Source of the DNA: Eledone cirrhosa
Lineage: Eukaryota
NCBI GenBank assembly: GCA_964016885.1
Contig: OZ024761.1
Span: forward strand, 30,566,001 to 30,630,000
Length of the DNA stretch: 64,000 nucleotides
Direction of reading: 5' to 3'
In this document: one piece after another, positions 54,303 to 64,000 of the stretch
Layout of the letters: every line of letters starts with the position of its first letter
How positions within the stretch are numbered: the stretch's first letter is position 1
Translations under genes and position numbers: made by a program
Notes under the pieces: model-generated
The model's input: only the letters and a program-made list of their open reading frames with translations
Database searches by the model: none
What the model was told of the DNA's origin: nothing

Positions 54303-55132
54303 ATACATATTTATTACTTTCACTGTTATTTCTAGCATAAAAAAGAAAAACCGGAAGGAGAGAAAATTGAAAAACTTCTTCTTTTTCCCTCCTCTAACTT
54401 TTCAAACAAAAGGAAATTTTATGTAAACAAAAACGAAATTTTTGCCAAGAAAGATAACTCTTCTCTGACTTAAATCCAAAATTGGGATACAAAAAAAATT
54501 CCGCAATTTTTTGTATCCCAATTTTGGATTTAAGTCAGAGAAGAGTTATCTTTCTTGGCAAAAATTTCGTTTTTGTTTACATAAAATTCTCTTTTGTTTG
54601 AAAAGTTACAGGAGGGAAAAAGAAGAAGTTTTTCAATTTTCTCCACTTCCCGTTTTTTCTAGTGTATACTAGAAATAGCAGTCAAAGCAATATATATGCC
54701 TTTTGTGACAATATATATTGTTTTAACGCTAGATTATTAACAACAATATATTGTATTTGTTGGCCTATTGGACGCAGAAGACGCTCACTCGATTTTTATT
54801 ATATTTTACGTTGTATTTTGAGGTTTATAGACATTTCTATGGACCACCAACAATATTCGCGGTTTTTCACTATTCTCGGGTTCTCTAGGACTGTAAACCC
54901 CACGAATGCCGGGGGGTAAATGTATATGAATATATCGACTGATAATATACAGTATAATTGTACGAGTATGCATATACATAGCAATATATATACATATTTA
55001 CACATATATGTACATATATATATATAGACACACATGTATATATATATATATAGACACACATGTATATATATATATATATGCATGTATGTATATATGTATA
55101 CACATATATATATATATGAATGTCTGTATATA

Positions 55133-55168
<36 letters not shown>

Positions 55169-56367
55169 GACATGTGTGTGTGTGTGTACATTCTTAGGTA
55201 TATACATATATATTTATACACACATACATACAAATATATATATTTCTATGAGTCACAGTTTATTACACATTGGAGACAGAGTGAGAGATTTAGCTTTCAT
55301 TTTTAGCAGATTTAGAAACTTTGCAAACGCTTTATTTTTTCTTATTGCCGGTACTCTGAACACGATTTGAAATGACTGGAGTGAGTTTATAAAAGGGTAA
55401 ACTGAAATAGTTGCACCGGTAATATATTTAGTGTTACACCGGTATTTTCGAAACAGTCTCTTTCGCATTCGTCTGCAAGAGGTAACGTTTTCTATGCCGT
55501 CTCTGTTAGTGTAGAACTGTAGGTTGACTTGCCTGGTTTTTACAACTCTTTGTCAACATGCATATTATTATTATATACTTTCAAACACACTTACATATAT
55601 TATATTTATAAACATATAGGATTTTACTAAGTTTTTATTCTTTCTAATGTGAAGAGATAGAAATAATAAGTTAAAACTAAAGTATAATGATATAACAACC
55701 GTATATAATAGTTTTCTCCCTTTTATTGAGATGCAAACGTTTTAAAGAAAAAACATGACAGTATAAGAAATATTTAATATCATAACATATAATATTTCAG
55801 GTAGGATGGTCGTTTCTCTTGTCTTCCACCTCTAGTTGTAGATTCTTCATGTCCTCTCTAGCCATAATTATGTCGTCGACATATGCATAAGTTTGATTTC
55901 TTCTTGAATGAATTGCAAATCTTGAGGTAGCCTTCTTGGTACATTTATTAGCTTTAATTCGTGTTTACACTGCTTGTAATAATTCGTACGTTTTTTACTT
56001 TAGATGAAACATATATATAAAAACGTCTGTGGCTTTAGTATACCTTTAAGTTTGATTTCAATAGAAAAATATTTACTGAACATGTGTAACACAATTATAA
56101 CTGGAGCTACTAAGTTCCTAGCCACTAGAAAATCTATTTGATAGAAGTTATTTCCTAGTTCTATGCACTGTCAATATCCCTTCTACTTTTTATATGCTTG
56201 TGTTTGTTAAAGAAACATTCTCTGATTTAGGAACCACGATCTTCTCGCACCACCGTTGTAGTAATTCTTGTTAAATGTTTTGTCTGGTCTATTGTCAATA
56301 AGTGGCCTTGTTTTCTGATTATGAATAAAGTTAAGTGGTCTACTGAATTGTCTTAATTATTGCTAAT
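50103..56367. repeat. Array unit copy 9
   Basis: Unit start motif at 50103 and 56368. Confidence 0.97.
54306..54698. repeat. Long palindrome, copy 9
   Basis: Same inverted repeat. Confidence 0.96.
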
Positions 56368-59300
56368 TTATAAGTTTGTTTAACTGCCGATAACTTTTAA
56401 ATCTATTTCTTAGGTTGCTTAGGCCTACAAATCTTATATCAGTGTCCCTTCTTTTGACACTTTCTACGAGTGAATCCTTAAATTGACATTTTATTTTGGG
56501 TTGTACTGCCTTATCCCACCTATAACAGCTAGAAGCAAATATAGTAAAAACAGGTCCTTGACTGTGGAGACTAATATGAGTTATGTTGAATATAATTGTT
56601 GAGGTTTATTCAATCTAAGAGAAGAAAAAATAAGTAAAGTGCAAAATTAACGTTTAAAGACAAGAAAAGTATTTCTCTTTCTCTCTGGCAAAATAAATCT
56701 GCTGTTTTTAGACCTAGAGGAGGGGAGGATTGACTCGGTCAGGTTTAAATGCCCACATGACGGTAATTACGGCACCCCTACAACAACAGTTAAGTGTCTA
56801 TAACCACCACGCATTTATGAGACTAAAAACCTTGCTAGTGTATTTTTATTTTGGTACAAAAGTTTTTAAATAATTTCATAAGTTTTAAATTCAAGTAAGT
56901 CCAATATAACGTATTTAAACGAATCTATAGATAGGATTTCAATATCTTCCAGAGCTTATGAAATAGTAAAACAATTTTTTTTCTTTTCAATTATATCAAA
57001 TACCATAAGTTGTTCTTTATGAAAGAAATGCTAAAATAGATTTAGTTAGTATGACTCTGAAATGTGTTCATAAACGGTAATGTTATGTTTTCCTTAGAGC
57101 CTGTCTGTCTTACAGTATGTTTACACACAATACATACATGCATATACATAAATTAATTGTTTATTAGCTATATTCATCTGTTTACACACCTCGTAATAAT
57201 TCGAGCGGTTTTGTTTTTGTTTTTTCTTCAGGAGAGACGTAGATAGAAAAACGTTTGTGGCTTTAGTATTGCTTATTTTTAAGTTTTGTTTAATTGCCGA
57301 TAAATTTGAAATATATTTGTTAGGTTTCTTAGAACTACAAATCTTTCTTATGACACTTACTACGGAATACATTCTTAGCTGGATACTTTACTTTGTGATT
57401 ACTTTCCTCCCAAAGCCATGACAGCTTGAATCAGATGTAGCAAAAACTTGTGAAGACTGACATGAGTTATGTTGAATATAAGTGTAGACGTAAAATATTT
57501 TTGTTTATTCAATCTAAAGGGAAGGAAAAAGAATTATAAGTCAAGTGCAAAATTAACGTTTAAAGGCATAAGAAAGGTATCTCGCTTTCTCTCCTGTAAA
57601 ACAAATAGGCTGTTTTTAGACCAGGAGGATGGGAGGATTGACTCAGTCAGATTTAAATGCACACATGACGGTAAATACGACAGTCCTACAACAGTTAAGT
57701 GTCTATAACAACCATGCATTTAAGAGACTGAAAACCTTACTAATGTGTTTTTATTTTGGTATTTAAAAACAAATTATATATTTAATTTCATGTAAGTCAA
57801 ATACAATGTATTTAAATGAATCTACAGATGGAGTTGCAATATCTGCCAGGACTTTGGAAATAGGGAAATATATAATTTTTTAAATTAAAACTACTTTTCA
57901 AAGGAATAATAAAGATATATATATACAGACACACATCTCTAGTGGAGATATTTCTGAGATTGGAAACCCTATCGATGTATGTATTTTGTCACTGAAAAGT
58001 TATCAAAAAATTATTATTATATATACATGTTTGTGTTTTTGACGTAAGTAAAACGAATCTATATACGAGGTTTTCGATACCTGCCAGAGCTTATGAAATA
58101 GTAAAAGAATATTTTTATTTTTCAATTATGTCAAACATCGTATGTGGTTCTTTATTAAAGAAATGCTAAAATAGATTTAAATATATGAAATTTGCACAGT
58201 AGAATTACGGCCGCTTGGCTGGCGTCTGGTAAAGTGGTGGTAGTGTAGGTTCGAGCGGAGGGGAAACTAAAAAGGTGGCTTCGAGATGATCGTGGCCCCG
58301 GGTAGCCCAGAAGATAGAGACCAATCTCTTAAATTAAAAAAATAAAAATGTTTTAAACTTAAGATAAAGTAGACGATCGAAACCCTATCTCCAAATCTAT
58401 ACACACTCAATTGATGCATAGATACACCACAACTACCCACATGACCACCTACAGACCAACAAATATGGAGTGAAAATAAACACATTTAAAGCTATTTTAT
58501 TGTTAGACTAAAAATAAGTTTATATATGTAAATATTCAAAAGAAAATCACTTAAGTCTTTATAGTCTAGTGGTAAGACATAGGACTGGGGAATGCCGTGT
58601 TTGGATTTCGAATCAACTTAAAACATTTTTTTTATCCTCACACTGTAAGGAATTTGCTTGATTTGAACACGTAGTCATACCATTTAAAGCTTTATTTTTC
58701 TCTTTCTAGTCGTAACACAGTCAGCATATAAATAAACGTGATTCACTTCAACACGTTGCCATACCATTTAAAACTTTATTTGGAGATGAGACAAAGACAC
58801 ATAAATACACTAAGTAGTAAACCCTTGATTTAACTTACTATGAAGATGAAGAATGTCTGTTAATATCAAAGTGACGTTAAATTTAGGGGTCACTTTCATT
58901 GTTTTTAATTTACAGAAACTCCTTAATATAATACAATGTATATATTAGAAGGAATATTTTTTATTTTCTTGTTCCGTCAAACCTTGCGTTTATTCTACAC
59001 ACACACACGTCGAAACACTTGCTTGAGCTGGCTTTCTTAGACATAATGAGAAGTGTTGGCTTTGTGGAGATTGATACAACTTTGGGTGATGTTACGAGGA
59101 GAGGCAAGGCTATGGAGAGTGTCTTAGTGGAAGAGATGATATCAGAGCAGTAACCTCCAAAGAGATGAAATTAGTGACTGAGATGCTATCATTGCATAGT
59201 TCAGAATATATATAACAAACATATACTATACATTTAACAAGTCAAACTACAGTTATACTCTAACACGGAAGACAAATAAAACTTTACCTCTATCATGCAC

Positions 59301-60164
59301 GTCGTATCCAGTGTGTTGTTATAAGAAAACCGGTGAAACACTAAATATGCCACCAGTGTAGCGATTTTATACTCTCTCTGCTTCATCGTACCACCCAGTA
59401 ACATGAAACTGTGTTCAAATCCCTGGGAGGTAGAATTACGTCGCTTTAAATAAACACACTGGGGTCAGTTTGAATATTGATTTCATGTGAAAAATATATA
59501 CATATTATGATTGTACTCCGAACTATCAATATTGAAACAATTCTAATGCGCCAATAAAATTTATATATCTATACAGCAACAGTGTTTTCGATCTTTCTTA
59601 CTTTTTTATTCACATTCTACAGTCACTTTAACTCTGTAATAAAACCCAACACGAGACGAACGTTAACTGCAAGTTACCCACGAAATTAACGCAAACACAA
59701 ATGAATATATATATATATATACTACTAAAATGTATTTAAAATTAAAAAATAAATACTTAAATTCAATGTATAATTACACGTACAATATGTTTTGTTGTAA
59801 AACCCTAAATAATGATTTAAGAAATGATGTCAATCTCTTTGTACAGAGATAAACATTAATTTATGTATATGCATTGTGTGTGCGTATATACTCCATTTAA
59901 GACAGCGAAAAAGCCAGTACCTCCTTCGAAGAATGCCAAATAGTTTATGCCTCAGGGATACCGGTGTAACACTAATTAAGTTACCGGTGTAGATATTTCA
60001 GTTGAACCCTGCTTCAACAAACTACCCGGTAATTTGAAATCGAGTTCAGAGTGAGGGGTGTAAAACAGAATTCTGTTTGGAAAATAGTAAATTCTAAACC
60101 TGCTAGAAATAATAGCCAAATGTCGTACTTTGGGTACGAGGTGCGACTCGTCTTACCTCTTCTA

Positions 60165-60204
<40 letters not shown>

Positions 60205-60438
60205 AGATTCACGGGTCGCGGCGGAGAGAAACCACAATAAATACAATGTACTCAATAGATTGGCATAGTATATATATATATGTGTGTACATATAAATATG
60301 TGTGTGTGTGTATGTATATATATATATGTATAAATGTATATATACATATAAATACTTATATATATATATACATAAACATATGTATACATACACACATATA
60401 TAAATAAATATGTGTGTATATATATATATATCTGTGTG

Positions 60439-60502
<64 letters not shown>

Positions 60503-60545
60503 TTACTTAGGTTCTAAGGAATATTCCGCGAATGTCGGGGTTTAC

Positions 60546-60585
<40 letters not shown>

Positions 60586-61439
60586 CATATTTATTACTTT
60601 CACTGTTATTTCTAGCATAAAAAAGAAAAACCGGAAGGGGAGAAAATTGAAAAACTTCTTCTTTTTCCCTCCTCTAACTTTTCAAACAAAAGGAAATTTT
60701 ATGTAAACAAAAACGAAATTTTTGCCAAGAAAGATAACTCTTCTCTGACTTAAATCCAAAATTGGGATACAAAAAAAATTCCGCAATTTTTTGTATCCCA
60801 ATTTTGGATTTAAGTCAGAGAAGAGTTATCTTTCTTGGCAAAAATTTCGTTTTTGTTTACATAAAATTCTCTTTCGTTTTTGTTTACATAAAATTCTCTT
60901 TTGTTTGAAAAGTTAGAGGAGGGAAAAAGAAGAAGTTTTTCAATTTTCTCCACTTCCCGTTTTTTCTAGTGTATACTAGAAATAGCAGTCAAAGCAATAT
61001 ATATGCCTTTTGTGACAATATATATTGTTTTAACGCTAGATTATTAACAACAATATATTGTATTTGTTGGCCTATTGGACGCAGAAGACGCTCACTCGAT
61101 TTTTATTATATTTTACGTTGTATTTTGAGGTTTATAGACATTTCTATGGACCACCTACAATATTCGCGGTTTTTCACTATTCTCGGGTTCTCTAGGACTG
61201 TAAACCCCACGAATGCCGGGGGGTAAATGTATATGAATATATCGACTGATAATATACAGTATAATTGTACGAGTATGCATATACATAGCAATATATATAC
61301 ATATTTACACATATATGTACATATCTATATATAGACGCACATGTATATATATATATATCGACACACATGTATATATATATATATATGCATGTATGTATAT
61401 ATGTATACACATATATATATATATGAATGTCTGTATATA

Positions 61440-61483
<44 letters not shown>

Positions 61484-62687
61484 GACATGTGTGTGTGTGT
61501 GTGTACATTCTTAGGTATATACATATATATTTATACACACATACATACAAATATATATATTTCTATGAGTCACAGTTTATTACACATTGGAGACAGAGTG
61601 AGAGATTTAGCTTTCATTTTTAGCAGATTTAGAAACTTTGCAAACGCTTTATTTTTTCTTATTGCCGGTACTCTGAACACGATTTGAAATGACTGGAGTG
61701 AGTTTATAAAAGGGTAAACTGAAATAGTTGCACCGGTAATATATTTAGTGTTACACCGGTATTTTCGAAACAGTCTCTTTCGCATTCGTCTGCAAGAGGT
61801 AACGTTTTCTATGCCGTCTCTGTTAGTGTAGAACTGTAGGTTGACTTGCCTGGTTTTTACAACTCTTTGTCAACATGCATATTATTATTATATACTTTCA
61901 AACACACTTACATATATTATATTTATAAACATATAGGATTTTACTAAGTTTTTATTCTTTCTAATGTGAAGAGATAGAAATAATAAGTTAAAACTAAAGT
62001 ATAATGATATAACAACCGTATTTAATAGTTTTCTCCCCTTTATTGAGATGCAAACGTTTTAAAGAAAAAACATGACAGTATAAGAAATATTTAATATCAT
62101 AACATATAATATTTCAGGTAGGATGGTCGTTTCTCTTGTCTTCCACCTCTAGTTGTAGATTCTTCATGTCCTCTCGAGCCATAATTATGTCGTCGACATA
62201 TGCATAAGTTTGATTTCTTCTTGAATGAATTGCAAATCTTGAGGTAGCCTTCTTGGTACATTTATTAGCTTTAATTCGTGTTTACACTGCTTGTAATAAT
62301 TCGTACGTTTTTTACTTTAGATGAAACATGTATATAAAAACGTCTGTGGCTTTAGTATTCCGTTAAGTTTGATTTCAATAGAAAAATACTTACTGAACAT
62401 GTGTAACACAATTATAACTGGATCTACTTAGTTCCTAGCCACTAGAAAAAAATCTATTTGATAGAAGTTATTTCCTAGTTCTATGCACTGTCAATATCCC
62501 TTCTACTTTTTATATGCTTGTGTTTGTTAAAGAAACATTCTCTGATTTAGGAACCACGATCTTCTCGCACCACCGTTGTAGTAATTCTTGTTAAATGTTT
62601 TGTCTGGTCTATTGTCAATAAGTGGCCTTGTTTTCTGATTATGAATAAAGTTAAGTGGTCTACTGAATTGTCTTAATTATTGCTAAT
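56368..62687. repeat. Array unit copy 10
   Basis: Unit start motif at 56368 and 62688. Confidence 0.97.
60586..61005. repeat. Long palindrome, copy 10 (27-bp tandem duplication in right arm)
   Basis: tttcgtttttgtttacataaaattctc occurs at 60845-60871 and again at 60872-60898. Confidence 0.96.
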
Positions 62688-64000
62688 TTATAAGTTTGTT
62701 TAACTGCCGATAACTTTTAAATCTATTTCTTAGGTTGCTTAGGCCTACAAATCTTATATCAATGTCCCTTCTTTTGACACTTTCTACGAGTGAATCCTTA
62801 AATTGACATTTTATTTTGGGTTGTACTGCCTTATCCCACCTATAACAGCTAGAAGCAAATATAGTAAAAACAGGTCCTTGACTGTGGAGACTAAATATGA
62901 GTTATGTTGAATACAATTGTTGAGGTTTATTCAATCTAAGAGAAGAAAAAATAAGTAAAGTGCAAAATTAACGTTTAAAGAGAAGAAAAGTATTTCTCTT
63001 TCTCTCTGGCAAAATAAATCTGCTGTTTTTAGACCTAGAGGAGGGGAGGATTGACTCAGTCAGGTTTAAATGCCCACATGACGGTAATTACGGCACCCCT
63101 ACAACAACAGTTAAGTGTCTATAACCACCACGCATTTATGAGACTAAAAACCTTGCTAGTATATTTTTATTTTGGTACAAAAGTTTTTAAATAATTTCAT
63201 AAGTTTTAAATTCAAGTAAGTCCAATATAACGTATTTAAACGAATCTATAGATAGGATTTCAATATCTTCCAGAGCTTATGAAATAGTAAAACAATTTTT
63301 TTTCTTTTCAATTATATCAAATACCATAAGTTGTTGTTTATGAAAGAAATGCTAAAATAGATTTAGTTAGTATGACTCTGAAATGTGTTCATAAACGGTA
63401 ATGTTATGTTTTCCTTAGAGCCTGTCTGTCTTACAGTATGTTTACACACAATACATACATGCATAGACATAAATTAATTGTTTATCTATATTCATCTGTT
63501 TACACTCCTCGTAATAATTCGAGCGGTTTTGTTTTTGTTTTTTCTTCAGGAGATACGTAGATAGAAAAACGTTTGTGGCTTTAGTATTGCTTATTTTTAA
63601 GTTTTGTTTAATTGCCGATAAATTTGAAATATATTTGTTAGGTTTCTTAGAACTACAAATCTTTCTTATGACACTTACTACGGAATAAATTCTTAGCTGG
63701 ATACTTTACTTTGTGATTACTTTCCTCCCAAAGCCATGACAGCTTGAATCAGATGTAGCAAAAACTTGGGAAGGCTGACATGAGTTATGTTGAATATAAG
63801 TGTAGACGTAAAATATTTTTGTTTATTCAATCTAAAGGGAAGGAAAAAGAATTATAAGTCAAGTGCAAAATTAACGTTTAAAGGCATAAGAAAGGTATCT
63901 CGCTTTCTCTCCTGTAAAACAAATAGGCTGTTTTTAGACCAGGAGGATGGGAGGATTGACTCAGTCAGATTTAAATGCACACATGACGGTAAATACGACA
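62688..64000. repeat. Array unit copy 11 (partial, truncated by window end)
   Basis: Matches positions ~1-1315 of copy 1. Confidence 0.97.

Larger units (their letters stand above)
1..64000. repeat. Tandem array (macrosatellite) of a ~6.27 kb composite unit, ~10.2 head-to-tail copies, probably extending beyond both window edges
   Basis: The same anchor ORF recurs at 1102, 7407, 13651, 19938, 26181, 32451, 38699, 44957, 51204, 57469 and (ATG) 63787. Periods are 6305, 6244, 6287, 6243, 6270, 6248, 6258, 6247, 6265 and 6318 bp, and length differences lie mostly in microsatellites. Confidence 0.99.

Noticed and set aside
1-64000. rDNA, 5S, histone or snRNA gene array
   Set aside because: I recognise no rRNA, 5S, histone or U-snRNA sequence, and the unit is too AT-rich and lacks intact ORFs.
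1-64000. Pure assembly artefact (one sequence duplicated in silico)
   Set aside because: Copies carry linked, shared SNP and indel haplotypes in mosaic patterns, as expected of a real evolving array. Read-depth confirmation is still advisable.

Overview
The whole 64 kb window is one head-to-tail tandem array (macrosatellite) of a ~6.27 kb unit from an AT-rich eukaryote, probably an animal. It holds 10 complete copies plus ~1.3 kb of an 11th, starting at 1, 6306, 12550, 18837, 25080, 31350, 37598, 43855, 50103, 56368 and 62688. Copies are near-identical and differ by scattered SNPs, small indels and microsatellite length. I find no intact standard-code gene: the ORF-track entries are microsatellite translations, palindrome read-throughs or pieces of decayed coding sequence. 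Each unit is a composite of (i) three diverged paralogous copies (A, B, C) of a decayed minus-strand coding sequence of unknown family; (ii) a 71-nt tRNA-like Pol III-type unit followed by T8; (iii) three diverged copies (D1-D3) of a ~200-250 bp element carrying paired ACCGGT-N17-ACCGGT sites; (iv) a ~390 bp near-perfect palindrome lying roughly concentrically between two (TA/TG/CA) microsatellite fields and the inverted D2/D3 pair; (v) pogo/Tigger-like end remnants; and (vi) a short non-LTR reverse-transcriptase (YVDD) relic. The most notable signals are the nested fold-back architecture, which could be a TIR-TIR junction of a 6.2 kb element or a hairpin-RNA source, evidence of arm-to-arm conversion in the palindrome, and mosaic sharing of variants between copies. 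Alignments and counts were done by eye.
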